Assembly: GCA_035550795.1 (NCBI GenBank)
Contig: DASZOL010000069.1
Coordinates: 3,942 to 67,941 of the forward strand
Direction: 5' to 3'
Source of the DNA: Candidatus Methylomirabilota bacterium
GTDB lineage: Bacteria; Methylomirabilota; Methylomirabilia; Rokubacteriales; DASRDR01
Length of the DNA: 64,000 nucleotides
The notes beneath the pieces were generated by a model, which worked only from the letters and a program-made list of their open reading frames with translations, was not told the DNA's origin and did no database searches. This document shows, piece by piece, positions 28,374 through 38,167 of this stretch. The position numbers were made by a program, and so were the translations under genes. The first letter of the stretch is position 1. Each line of letters starts with the position of its first letter.

Positions 28374-29342
28374 ATGCTGACGGCGGTCAATGGACGCCCG
28401 CGGCCGCATGGCCGGCGCGGCCCCCGTGCTCGGTCCGCCCGGCGACTGCTGGGCGCCCTGGCCCTGGCACTCTGGGCCTTCGAGCCCACCGCGGCCGGCC
28501 AGAGCTTCGAGGGTCAAGGCCGCGTCATGGCCGTCGATGAGGGCCGCAACACCGTGACGATCCAGCACTCGACCATCCCGGGATTGCTCCCGGCCACCCG
28601 GTCGGAGTTCCCGGTCCGGACGGCGGGCGTGTTACAGGGCGTGCACCTGGGGGATCGCGTGCGGTTCACGCTCGACGCCGCCGACGACACCCACGGGCTG
28701 CTCACCGTGCTGAGCGTGGCTCCCGAGAGCACCGGCGGCGCCGGCTGGCTCGACCGCGTGATGCAAAGTGCGGCGGTGGCCCTCGGCCTCCTCACTCTCG
28801 CCGCCGCCGCGGCGGTGGGCGTCGTCCTCTGGCGGAATCTGCAGATCCTCCACCGCCGGGTGGTGGCGCTCGATCACGAGGTGGGGACGCTGCGGGGGCT
28901 CATCACCGACACGCAGGACGGGGTCCGCCAGATCGCCAAGGCCCTGGACGACGCCGCCACGGCCCTCCGCCTCGGGTACATCCAGGAGCTCGGCCGCCGG
29001 ATAGGTCCCGCCGCGCCGCTGGCCGCGATCGAGAGCGCGAACGCCCTGGCTCCCGGAGAGTCAGCCGGCGCAGTGGTCGTCATCGAGCGCGGGCGGGGCG
29101 CGCTGTACCGGGCGGTGGAGGGCGGGGCGGCCGGACCCGGGCTCGCGGTGATCTGGGATCGACGGCGTAGCGAGCGCCGCCGGAGCGCGCGGCGGCCGAT
29201 CGGCCACGAGCGCCGCCGGACGGAACGGCGAGGATCCCCGCCGGAGACGTGGAGGCAGCTCGGTTTCCAAGTCGTTCCCGGGGACGCCGCCGACGCCACC
29301 CGCGCCGCGCGCCTGCTCCGGCCCGGGAGTGCCGATCACTGA
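28374..29342 (+). CDS. CusF/Cu_bind_like OB-fold + TM + coiled coil + DRRxxERR-motif protein
   Basis: GRVMAVD..TVTIQH..IPG, GDRVRFTL; TM helix; VIWDRRRSERRR...ERRRTERR. Confidence 0.7.
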   Translation: MLTAVNGRPRPHGRRGPRARSARRLLGALALALWAFEPTAAGQSFEGQGRVMAVDEGRNTVTIQHSTIPGLLPATRSEFPVRTAGVLQGVHLGDRVRFTLDAADDTHGLLTVLSVAPESTGGAGWLDRVMQSAAVALGLLTLAAAAAVGVVLWRNLQILHRRVVALDHEVGTLRGLITDTQDGVRQIAKALDDAATALRLGYIQELGRRIGPAAPLAAIESANALAPGESAGAVVVIERGRGALYRAVEGGAAGPGLAVIWDRRRSERRRSARRPIGHERRRTERRGSPPETWRQLGFQVVPGDAADATRAARLLRPGSADH

Positions 29343-29379
29343 CACCGGCCGGGTGCCGGAGGCGCGCGCTCGACGCGCT

Positions 29380-30558
29380 CTACCCCGGCCGCCAGCCACC
29401 CGGGCGCAGCGCGGCGACGGCCCCGATCCAGGCGATCCCCGCGGCGATCCACCACGTCGCCCGGTAGCCAAACCAGGTCGCCCAGAACCCGAGCAGGACC
29501 GATCCGCCGAATATGCCGAGCTCCCACGCCGTGTACAGCGTGCCCATCGCCCGGCCGCGTTCGGCCGGCGGGACGCGGTCGGCCGTCATCGCCAGCAGTG
29601 CGGGCTGCCCGGCACCGAAGCCCAGGCCGTAAAGGGCGGCCGCGCCGAGGAACGAGGTCCGCGAAAAGGCCAGCCCCAGCAGGGCCAGGCTCAGGCCGCT
29701 GAGGGCGAGCGCCGGCGCGATCACCGCCCGCCGCCCGAAGCGGTCCGACAGGCGCCCGGCGGGAGACCGCACCGCCAGGCTGACCAGGGCGAACACCGTG
29801 AAGAAGAGGCCCGGGTTCCCGAGCTGGCGCTGCTCGGCGAAGAGGGGCAAGAGCGCCGCGATGCCGCCGTACGACACGTAGAGAGCGAGCACGAGCCCCG
29901 ACGGGTAGACGGCCGCGGGACTGAACCAGCGGCGCCAGAAGCGGGCGAGCGCACCGGTGCGGGACGCAGGGGGGAGCGATCCCGGACGGGTCGCCGGCGA
30001 GGGGCCGGCCGCCGGGAGCGTCTCCGGCAGCGCCCACGCCAGGGCGAGCGCCACGACCTCGATCGCGGTCGCCACCAGGAACGTCGCGGTGAAGCCCGCG
30101 CGGCTGACGAGCTCGCCGCCCAGGTACGGGCCGGCGGCGAGCGCGACCGCCGAGGCGAGGCCGTAGGCACCCATCGCCGCGCCGCGCCGCCCGGGAGGCG
30201 TGAGATCCGTCGCGATGACGGTGGCCGCCGTCGGACCGAATCCCATGCCTGTGCCGTGGAACACGCGCAGAAGCAGCAGTCCCGGGATCGTGCCGATGGC
30301 CGCGTACCCGAGCGGAGCCAGCGCGAAGATGACGGTGCCAAGGAGGACGAGCGGACGGCGGCCAATCCGGTCGGCCAGATCGCCCGCGATGGGCCGCAGC
30401 ACCATCGCGGCGAGCGCGAAGACGCCCATGATGAACCCCACGTGCGCCTCGCGAGCTCCGAGCCGCGTCGCGTAGAGCGGCATGACCGGCAGCAGGATCT
30501 GGAAGCCCAGGTAGAAGAGGAGCGTCGCGAGCCAGAGAACGAGGAACGGACGCCGCAC
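29380..30558 (-). CDS. MFS transporter
   Basis: GDLADRIGRRP, GRLSDRFGRR, DRVPPAERGRAMG. Confidence 0.9.
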   Translation of the reverse strand: MRRPFLVLWLATLLFYLGFQILLPVMPLYATRLGAREAHVGFIMGVFALAAMVLRPIAGDLADRIGRRPLVLLGTVIFALAPLGYAAIGTIPGLLLLRVFHGTGMGFGPTAATVIATDLTPPGRRGAAMGAYGLASAVALAAGPYLGGELVSRAGFTATFLVATAIEVVALALAWALPETLPAAGPSPATRPGSLPPASRTGALARFWRRWFSPAAVYPSGLVLALYVSYGGIAALLPLFAEQRQLGNPGLFFTVFALVSLAVRSPAGRLSDRFGRRAVIAPALALSGLSLALLGLAFSRTSFLGAAALYGLGFGAGQPALLAMTADRVPPAERGRAMGTLYTAWELGIFGGSVLLGFWATWFGYRATWWIAAGIAWIGAVAALRPGGWRPG

Positions 30559-30580
30559 GCCCGTCGCGGCGCGGGCCGGC

Positions 30581-32587
30581 CTAGCGGCCGAGGAGGGCCC
30601 GAGCCCGGGCCACGACGTTCTCGACCGTGAACCCGAGCTCCTTCATCACCACCTCGCCTGGCGCCGACGCGCCGAAGCGGTCGATCCCGACGACGGCGCC
30701 GGCGCTCCCGACCCACCGTTCCCAGCCGAAGGTCGCGCCCGCCTCCACCGCGAGGCGCCGTGACACGGCCCCGGGCAGCACCGATTCCTGGTAGTCGGGG
30801 GACTCCGCCTGGAACAGCTCCCAGGAGGGCATGCTCACGACGCGGGCGCGGACTCCGTCCTTCGCGAGGGCGGCCTGGGCCCCCAGGACGAGCTGGACCT
30901 CCGAGCCGGTGCCGATCAGGACGAGCTCGGAAGTGCCGCCCGGCGCGTCCGCGAGGACATATGCGCCGCGCTGGAGCCCCTCGGCCGGCGCGTAGAGCGC
31001 ACGGTCGAGGACGGGGAGCTTCTGGCGCGTGAGGACGAGCGCGGTCGGGCCGTGGCGGCGGGAGAGCGCGACCCGCCAGGCCACCACCGTCTCGGCGGCA
31101 TCGGCGGGACGGACCACGACCAGGTTCGGCATCGCGCGAAGCGAGGCCAGGTGCTCGACGGGCTCGTGGGTCGGCCCGTCCTCGCCGACCCCGATCGAGT
31201 CGTGCGTCCAGACGTACACGACCGGCAGCTCCGAGAGCGCCGCCAGCCGCACCGCCGGGCGCATGTAGTCGGAAAAGACGAAGAACGTGCCACAGAACAC
31301 GAGGAGGCCGCCGTGGTAGGTGAGGCCGTTCGAGATGGCCCCCATCGCGTGCTCGCGCACGCCGAAGTGGAGATGCCGGCCGCCCGGCGTGCCGCGCAGG
31401 AACGAGCCCGCCGTCTTGACGAGGGTCTTCGTCGACGGCGCGAGGTCGGCGTCTCCGCCCACGAGATGAGGCAGGCGGGGCGAGACGGCGGCGAGGACGG
31501 CGCCGCTGGCATCCCGGGTGGCCACCGGCGTCCCCGCCGGAAACGTCGGAAGATCCCGGTCCCATCCGGGGGTAAGCGTCCGCGCCTGACCGTGCTCCCA
31601 CTCGATCGCGAGATCCGGGAAGGCGCGGCGCCAGGCCTCGAGCCGGGCCTGCCAGTCCGCCTCCCCCCGGGCTCCCCGGGCGAGGGCCTCTCGGAAGCGA
31701 GCCACCGCCGCCTCGGGCAGCAAGAACCGCGGCTCGACCGGCCAGCCCAGCGCCTGCTTCGCGCCCTGGAGCTCCGCATCCCCGAGGGGCTCGCCGTGGG
31801 CCTCGTGCGTCCCGGCCTTCTTCGGCGCGCCGTAGCCGATCACGGTCCGCACGGCGATGATGGACGGGCGCTCGCCCTCCGCCCGCGCGTCACGAATGGC
31901 CTTGTCGATCGCGTCGAGGTCGTTCCCGTCCGGCACCGCCTGGGCGTGCCATCCGAGCCCCTCGAAGCGCCGGGGCACGTCCTCCGAGAACGAGAGCGCC
32001 GCCTTGCCCGCGAGCGAGACCTGGTTGTCGTCGTAGAGGACGATCAGCTTGCCGAGCCCGAGGTGCCCGGCCAGCGATGACGCCTCCGCGGCGACCCCCT
32101 CCATGAGGTCCCCGTCCGAGCAGATGACGTAGGTGTGGTGGTCGACGATCGTGTGGCCCGGGCGGTTGAAGCGGGCGGCGAGGTGTCGCTCGGCAATGGC
32201 CATGCCCACCGCGTTCGCCAGGCCCTGTCCGAGCGGCCCGGTCGTTGCCTCCACGCCCGGACTGACGCCGAACTCCGGGTGGCCGGGCGTCCGCGATCCC
32301 CATTGACGGAAGCGCTTGAGCTCCTCCAGCGGGAGGTCGTAGCCGGTGAGATGGAGCAGCGCATAGAGGAGCATCGAGCCGTGACCGGCAGACAGGACGA
32401 ACCGGTCGCGATCGGGCCACGCCGGCTGGGCCGGATGGTGTCGGAGAAAGCGCGTCCAGAGAACGTAGGCCATGGCGGCGGCCCCCATCGGCAGACCGGG
32501 ATGGCCGGACTTGGCCTGCTGCACCGAGTCGGCCGCGAGGAAGCGGATCGTGTTGACGCAGAGCTGGTCGAGATCCCGACCGGTCAT
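30581..32587 (-). CDS. tkt: Transketolase
   Basis: [24 protein letters not shown] motif, [22 protein letters not shown]. Confidence 0.97.
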   Translation of the reverse strand: MTGRDLDQLCVNTIRFLAADSVQQAKSGHPGLPMGAAAMAYVLWTRFLRHHPAQPAWPDRDRFVLSAGHGSMLLYALLHLTGYDLPLEELKRFRQWGSRTPGHPEFGVSPGVEATTGPLGQGLANAVGMAIAERHLAARFNRPGHTIVDHHTYVICSDGDLMEGVAAEASSLAGHLGLGKLIVLYDDNQVSLAGKAALSFSEDVPRRFEGLGWHAQAVPDGNDLDAIDKAIRDARAEGERPSIIAVRTVIGYGAPKKAGTHEAHGEPLGDAELQGAKQALGWPVEPRFLLPEAAVARFREALARGARGEADWQARLEAWRRAFPDLAIEWEHGQARTLTPGWDRDLPTFPAGTPVATRDASGAVLAAVSPRLPHLVGGDADLAPSTKTLVKTAGSFLRGTPGGRHLHFGVREHAMGAISNGLTYHGGLLVFCGTFFVFSDYMRPAVRLAALSELPVVYVWTHDSIGVGEDGPTHEPVEHLASLRAMPNLVVVRPADAAETVVAWRVALSRRHGPTALVLTRQKLPVLDRALYAPAEGLQRGAYVLADAPGGTSELVLIGTGSEVQLVLGAQAALAKDGVRARVVSMPSWELFQAESPDYQESVLPGAVSRRLAVEAGATFGWERWVGSAGAVVGIDRFGASAPGEVVMKELGFTVENVVARARALLGR

Positions 32588-34095
32588 GGAGCCAGCCTCC
32601 TCTCGGCGGTCATGTGCGGGACCAGAAGGTCGTAGAGCTGCCGGTGACGGGTCAGGCCAGCGCGGTAGCGGGCGTGCCGGGCGGGGTCCGGCGCGATGGC
32701 CGGCTGCACGGCCGCCGGGGCCGCCTCGAGTGAGGGGATCAGCCCGAGTGCCTCGCTCGCGAGGAGGGCCGCGCCCCGGCTCGATCCCTCGGCCTCGACC
32801 GACGGCGTGAGCGCCACTCCGAGGACGTCCGCCATGATCTGGGTCCACGCGGGCGAGGCCAGGAGCGCGCCGCCGGTGCCCACGACCTCCTGGAGGCCCG
32901 GGCACGCGTCGCAGAGACGCTGGTGGATCATGGCGAATCGGTACGCCACGGTCTCGAGTCCCGCGCGCACGAGGTCGATGGGCCGCGTCGCGAGCGACAG
33001 GCCCACGACGGCGGCCCGCGCACTCGCGACCCACCCGAGGCTCCGCTCGCCGGCCAGGAACGGGAGCACCGTCAGACCGTGGGCGTCCGCCTCCATCGCG
33101 CCGAGCTCCGACTCCACGCGCTCGGGCGAAGGCAGCCGGAGCGTGTCGGTGAGCCACGCGTAGAGGCTCCCGCCGTTCGACAGGGAGCCCCCGAGCAGCA
33201 GGCGCCGCCGATCCACGCGATAGCACCAGAGGCCGTCGGGGATGGCCACCGACTCCGCCGGGAAGCAGACCCGCATCGCGCCGGACGTTCCCACCATGAG
33301 GGCCGCCCGCGCGGCCGTCGTGCAGCCGGCGCCGACGTTCGAGCACGCGCCGTCGCCCAGCGCCGGAAACCACGGCGCGCCCGCCAGCAGCGGCCAGCGC
33401 GCGGCGTACTCGGGACGGAGGCCGCGGAACGGCTGGTCGCCGTCGACGATCGGCCCGAAGTGCTCCACGCCGAGCCCGACCACGCCCAGGATGCCCGGGT
33501 CCCAGCGTTGCGCCCACTGGTCGAAAAGACCGGTCCCCGACGCCATCGAGACGCTCGTGCGCAGCTCGCCGAAGAGGCGGAGACCCAGGTACTCCCCGAA
33601 CGAGACCCAGCGGCGCGTCGCTTGAAAGGCGGCGTGGTCGCGCTCCCGCAGCCACCAGAGTCGCGCGGGGAGATAGGACGTGTGGAGCCGGCATCCGACC
33701 CGCGCGTGGTACGCCTTCTCGTCGACGCGCGCGCGGAGCGCTTCCACTGCGCCGACGCTTCGCGTGTCTGCCCAGGAATAGACGGGGGTAGACGGGCGGT
33801 CGTCCGGGCCGAGACCGAGCACCGTGTGCCAGAAGGTGCTGGTGGCGACCGCCGCCACTTCGCCGGCCCGCGACCCGAGCGCGGCGACGAGACCGTCAAG
33901 CGTCTCCGCCACGAGCGCGAACAGTCGGTCGGCGTCGATCTCGACCCCCCCGTCGGGCGTCGTCGTCGCTTCGTACGGCTTCTGGCTGGCGAGGTCGAGC
34001 CCCCGGCCACGAGCGTCGAAGGCGAGCGTCCGCACGGAGGACGAGCCCACGTCGAGCGTGACAACGACCGGCTCGGCCAGTGAGGGCGCGGGCAC
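32584..34095 (-). CDS. gntK: Gluconokinase, FGGY family
   Basis: [44 protein letters not shown]. Confidence 0.85.
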   Translation of the reverse strand: MPAPSLAEPVVVTLDVGSSSVRTLAFDARGRGLDLASQKPYEATTTPDGGVEIDADRLFALVAETLDGLVAALGSRAGEVAAVATSTFWHTVLGLGPDDRPSTPVYSWADTRSVGAVEALRARVDEKAYHARVGCRLHTSYLPARLWWLRERDHAAFQATRRWVSFGEYLGLRLFGELRTSVSMASGTGLFDQWAQRWDPGILGVVGLGVEHFGPIVDGDQPFRGLRPEYAARWPLLAGAPWFPALGDGACSNVGAGCTTAARAALMVGTSGAMRVCFPAESVAIPDGLWCYRVDRRRLLLGGSLSNGGSLYAWLTDTLRLPSPERVESELGAMEADAHGLTVLPFLAGERSLGWVASARAAVVGLSLATRPIDLVRAGLETVAYRFAMIHQRLCDACPGLQEVVGTGGALLASPAWTQIMADVLGVALTPSVEAEGSSRGAALLASEALGLIPSLEAAPAAVQPAIAPDPARHARYRAGLTRHRQLYDLLVPHMTAERRLAP

Positions 34096-34101
34096 GCATT
34101 C

Positions 34102-34110
34102 ATGGTAGCA
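34102..34110 (-). promoter_or_regulatory. Extended -10 TG-C-TACCAT; predicted leaderless gntK-tkt mRNA
   Basis: Ends 6 nt before GTG 34095. Confidence 0.55.
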
Positions 34111-34181
34111 GGGGGCCCGGAAGCCCTGCCACCCGGACGGCGGCGACCCAAGACGGCAACCGGGGGGCGCGCCCCCGTAGA

Positions 34182-34895
34182 ATGAGCCGGAGAGCGGTGG
34201 TGCTTCTGGAGATCCCGGCGGGCTGGTTCTGGATGGGCTGGGACGACGGTCTGCCCGACGCGCGGCCCGCGCACCACGTGTGGGTCGAGGGGTTCTTGAT
34301 GGCGCGTGCGCCGGTCACCAACGCCGAGTTCGGCGCGTTCCTGCGCGGCAGCGCCGCCGCCCCGCCGCCCTTCTGGGCCGACCCGCGGTTCGCCCACCCC
34401 GAGCAGCCGGTGGTGGGCGTGAGCTGGGACGAGGCCGTGCGGTTCTGCGACTGGCTGACGGGCGAGACGGGCCTTCCGCATCGGCTCCCCACCGAGGCCG
34501 AGTGGGAGCGGGCGGCGCGCGGTGGGCGGGAGCGCGCCCGCTATCCGTGGGGTGATGAGCCACCCGACCGGTGGTTCGGGCCGTCGGCCGGCCCCCTCGC
34601 GGCGCCGCCCCGGGTCGGCCAGGGACCGATCAACGGATTCGGCCTGACCGACCTCGCCGGCGTCGTCCACGAATGGTGTCTCGACTGGTACGCCGCCGAT
34701 GCCTACGCGCGGGAGCCCCGCCGCGCGCCGACCGGGCCGCCGCACGGCTCCCGCCGCGTCTCCCGCGGAGGTGCGTGGCGTCACCAGTCGCCCTGGAGCC
34801 CGGTGGCCCACCGCTCGAGCCTCCCGCCCCACCTCCGCTACTCGGACTACGGCTTCCGGGTGACCCGCGGAGCTGCGCCGGCGCCACCCCGATAG
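34182..34895 (+). CDS. Formylglycine-generating enzyme (SUMF1/FGE-sulfatase) family protein; start may be GTG 34197/34200
   Basis: PVTNAEF, PVVGVSWDEA..FC, RLPTEAEWE, RVSRGG, GFRV; catalytic FGE Cys pair absent. Confidence 0.88.
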   Translation: MSRRAVVLLEIPAGWFWMGWDDGLPDARPAHHVWVEGFLMARAPVTNAEFGAFLRGSAAAPPPFWADPRFAHPEQPVVGVSWDEAVRFCDWLTGETGLPHRLPTEAEWERAARGGRERARYPWGDEPPDRWFGPSAGPLAAPPRVGQGPINGFGLTDLAGVVHEWCLDWYAADAYAREPRRAPTGPPHGSRRVSRGGAWRHQSPWSPVAHRSSLPPHLRYSDYGFRVTRGAAPAPPR

Positions 34896-34934
34896 CGGGC
34901 CCCTCGGCGGCCGCCGGCGTTGAGGACGATCACC

Positions 34935-34962
34935 TTGACAGCCTGGGCGGGGCCTCGACTAT
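34935..34962 (+). promoter_or_regulatory. Promoter with perfect TTGACA -35 upstream of the LamG gene
   Basis: TTGACA-16-GACTAT. Confidence 0.45.
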
Positions 34963-35156
34963 CCTCGGCTCATGCGGCGCGCGATCACCGCGGCAGCACG
35001 CCCCCGACCCCCAGATTCGTGGGACCGCGCCTCCTGCCCTTGACGCCACCCTGACCGCCCGTAACGACGATTCCGGCCCTACCGGCCCGCTGACTGCGCA
35101 GGGAGCCGAGCCCCCGCGGCGCACGGTGGGGCCGTCCTCCTGGAGGAGACGCTACC

Positions 35157-36797
35157 CTGAGCCGACCAGCCGACAGCAGCCTGATCGCCCACTGGCCCTT
35201 CACCGCGGACTGCGCGGAGCATCGCGGGGCACGCTTGAGCGTCCGCAACCACGGCGTGCAGCTGAGCGAGTTTGGCCCGCGGCGGGGGATGGGGGCCGGG
35301 ATCTTCGACGGTCGGGGCGCCTTCCTGGAAGTGGACGACCATCCGATCCTCAGGTGGGGCACGCGGGACTTCACCGTGGCCGCGTGGGTTCACGCCGGCG
35401 ACGAGAACGGCGACGCGATCGGAGACGTGGTCGCGAAATTCGATCCCGACGCGCGGAAAGGCTTTCATCTGGGCATCCTCACGAACTCGGGCGTCACCAG
35501 CACGACTCAGCCCAACTATCGCAACCTTCACTTCGGCATCGACGATCGGCGCCCGGCCGCTCGGTGGACCGATTGCGGTCAGCCCGGCCGTGCAGTCTTG
35601 GTTGCCGCGCTGAAGGTCGCGAAGAACCGGCTCTATGCGGGCACCCTGGAGGCGGGCGCCGAGGAGCGCGGACACCTGTGGCGCTACGAGGGCGGGCGGC
35701 AGTGGGTCGATCTGGGCGCGCCCATCGGCTGCAACGTGGTCAACTCGGTGGCCGAGTTCGACGGCGCGCTCTACTGCGGAGTGGGACGCTACATGGGCGT
35801 GGGATCGGCGCTCGGGGAGTTGCCGAATCGGACGCCAGGCGGCCAGGTGTACCGACTGGATGAGGACGGCCGCTGGACCCGCTGCGGCCACCCGGGGGCG
35901 GAGGATGCAACGCCGGAGGACGTGCCGACCGTCGGCTACGCGTCCGGGAAGGCGGACGACGCCTTCGCCCTGACGGTTTACCGGGGACGTCTGTACTGTG
36001 CCAGCAACCATCGCCGCGGCGCGCTCGTCTACCAGGGAGGCGAGGCCTGGGAGTACATCGGCCCGGACCTGAGGATTCTCTCCTTCACGGTCTATCGTGG
36101 CAGTCTCTATGCGCTCATCAACGGGGGCCCGGTGTACCGCTACGAGGGCGGCTCGGAGTGGGTTTACTGCGGCTGTCCGACGGGATCGACGCAGACCTAC
36201 GGAGCCGTCACCGCCCAGGGCCGACTCTATGTCGGCACGTGGCCCGAGGGAGACGTGCACCGCTATGAGGGAGGGGAGACCTGGGCGTCGCTCGGCCGAG
36301 TGGGCTACGAGCGGGAGGTCATGGCCATGGCTCTCTACAACGGCAAGGCCTACGTCGGCTCACTCCCGATGGCGAACGTCTGGCGAATGGACGGCGAGCA
36401 GTTCACATTCATGGGAACGCTGGATTTCGCGTCCGCGCCACTGCGGCGCGTCTGGTCCATGGCGGTCTTCCGGGGCCAGCTGTTCGCCGGCACGCTTCCC
36501 TCCGGGCGCGTCTACTCGATGGAAGCCGGCGCGATGGCGACGTGGGACTCTGGCTTTCCGACGGGATGGCGCCACGTAGCGGCCATTCGGGACGGGGGCC
36601 GTCTCGCCCTCTACGTCGACGGCGGGCGGGTAGCGACCTCGGCCTCCTTCGCGGCAGCGGACTATGACCTGGACACCGACCGGCCGCTTACGATCGGCTT
36701 CGGCGTCAACGACTGCTTCTCCGGGCTCCTGAGCGATCTACGGCTTTACAGACGGGCCCTGGGCGATGCGGAGGTGGCGCGCCTGGCCCGGCGGTGA
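35157..36797 (+). CDS. LamG/concanavalin-like domain split by a beta-propeller insert; probable CTG start
   Basis: LIAHWPF, FTVAAWV ... WRHVAA, LYVDG, FSGLLSDLRLYRRAL; propeller repeats between. Confidence 0.75.
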   Translation: MSRPADSSLIAHWPFTADCAEHRGARLSVRNHGVQLSEFGPRRGMGAGIFDGRGAFLEVDDHPILRWGTRDFTVAAWVHAGDENGDAIGDVVAKFDPDARKGFHLGILTNSGVTSTTQPNYRNLHFGIDDRRPAARWTDCGQPGRAVLVAALKVAKNRLYAGTLEAGAEERGHLWRYEGGRQWVDLGAPIGCNVVNSVAEFDGALYCGVGRYMGVGSALGELPNRTPGGQVYRLDEDGRWTRCGHPGAEDATPEDVPTVGYASGKADDAFALTVYRGRLYCASNHRRGALVYQGGEAWEYIGPDLRILSFTVYRGSLYALINGGPVYRYEGGSEWVYCGCPTGSTQTYGAVTAQGRLYVGTWPEGDVHRYEGGETWASLGRVGYEREVMAMALYNGKAYVGSLPMANVWRMDGEQFTFMGTLDFASAPLRRVWSMAVFRGQLFAGTLPSGRVYSMEAGAMATWDSGFPTGWRHVAAIRDGGRLALYVDGGRVATSASFAAADYDLDTDRPLTIGFGVNDCFSGLLSDLRLYRRALGDAEVARLARR

Positions 36798-36844
36798 GGA
36801 GGAACCGGCGGCGATCCCTCCCAGGCCGGCCGCCCGACGGCCCA

Positions 36845-37939
36845 CTACCCGGACGCCAGGCGCCTGAGCTCCCTCTCCATCAGCTCGGCGTCGATCGGCA
36901 GGTCCACGGTCTTCCCTGAAAGACCGGACAAGAGCATCGCGTTGCCGATCTCCAGGGAGCGGATCGCCTCCGCCACCGGGGCCAGGAGCGCTGTTCCCGT
37001 CAGGATCGCGTCCCGGAAATTCTCGAGAATCAGAACATGGCTCTCGGGACCGGCGCCGTCGCCCGCGACGGGGACCTCGATTTCCTTGACCGGCGGCCGG
37101 ATGAAACGCTCCTTCGTGGTCCGGCTGAACTCGGAGGCGGCGACCTCGTTCCGGAAGAACCTGAGCTTTCCGGTCTCCGTATCCAGCTCCAGCTTCCCCT
37201 TGTCGCCGGCGATTTCCACCCGGTTGGTGCCGGGGGCCTCGCCGGTGGTCACGGCGAAAAGCCCTGTGGCTCCGCCTGGGTACTCGAGTATCGCGCTGAC
37301 GTCGTCCTCCACCTCGATCGGGTGGTACCTGCCGAGACCGATTTTCGCGGTGACCCGAGCGGGGAGCCCGGTGAACCACTGGAGGAGATCCAGGTCGTGG
37401 GAGGCCTGGTTGATCAGCACGCCTCCGCCCTCGCCCGCCCAGGTCGCCCGCCACCCGCCGCTCGCGTAGTAGGCGTGCGAGCGGAAGATGCCGGTGGCGA
37501 GCCAGATGACGCGTCGTATCTCTCCAAGCTCGCCCGCCTCGATCATGGATTTGATCTTGACGTGCACGGGGCGCGTTCGTTCATTGAAGATGACCCCGAA
37601 TCGGAGCGCCCCGTCCTTGTGGGCGCCGAGCATGCGCCGGCCGTCCGCGACGTGCACGGCCAAGGGCTTGTCGGTCAGCACGTGCAGCCCCCGATTGAGC
37701 GCGTCGATGGCGACCTCCGGGTGGCTCCAGTGGGGCGTGGCGATGACGACGCCGTCGACCTGCCCCGAGGCGATCAATCTCCGGTGGTCCGAGAACTTCT
37801 CCCCCGGCAGGTCCTTGATCCTGTCCAGGCTTCGGTTGCAGAGCGCCGTCAGCTCGAGTCCGGCGATGGACTGGATGGCCTCGGCGTACTGGCGACCCAT
37901 CTGACCCACGCCAACGACGCCCATCCTCACGCTCGTCAC
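36845..37939 (-). CDS. Gfo/Idh/MocA family oxidoreductase
   Basis: GVVGVGQMG, IATPHWSH, DKPL, GGGVLINQASHDLD; SD AAGGAG. Confidence 0.92.
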   Translation of the reverse strand: MTSVRMGVVGVGQMGRQYAEAIQSIAGLELTALCNRSLDRIKDLPGEKFSDHRRLIASGQVDGVVIATPHWSHPEVAIDALNRGLHVLTDKPLAVHVADGRRMLGAHKDGALRFGVIFNERTRPVHVKIKSMIEAGELGEIRRVIWLATGIFRSHAYYASGGWRATWAGEGGGVLINQASHDLDLLQWFTGLPARVTAKIGLGRYHPIEVEDDVSAILEYPGGATGLFAVTTGEAPGTNRVEIAGDKGKLELDTETGKLRFFRNEVAASEFSRTTKERFIRPPVKEIEVPVAGDGAGPESHVLILENFRDAILTGTALLAPVAEAIRSLEIGNAMLLSGLSGKTVDLPIDAELMERELRRLASG

Positions 37940-38076
37940 CGCGCGCGCTCCTTTCGGGGTGCTGCCGTCACGTCCGAGCATCGCAAGGGCCGTCTCCTCC
38001 CCGGGGTAGTGTCGCACGAGGCCCGCGAGGGCCGGAGGACGCATCGCGATCGGCGCACGCGGCGGGCGCACCCCCC

Positions 38077-38105
38077 TTGACATTCCAGGACCCGCCCGCG
38101 AAGAT
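38077..38105 (+). promoter_or_regulatory. Promoter TTGACA-17-GAAGAT for the sugar ABC operon
   Basis: Perfect -35, exact spacing. Confidence 0.6.
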
Positions 38106-38167
38106 TCGCGGAGCATGCCCCGCCCGATTCTGTCCGGTTTCGGCCACGCGCGCGAGAGGAGGTTCCC

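Noticed and set aside
34182-34895. FGE protein as a true sulfatase-activating enzyme
   Set aside because: The catalytic Cys pair after RGG is absent and there is no sulfatase in the window.
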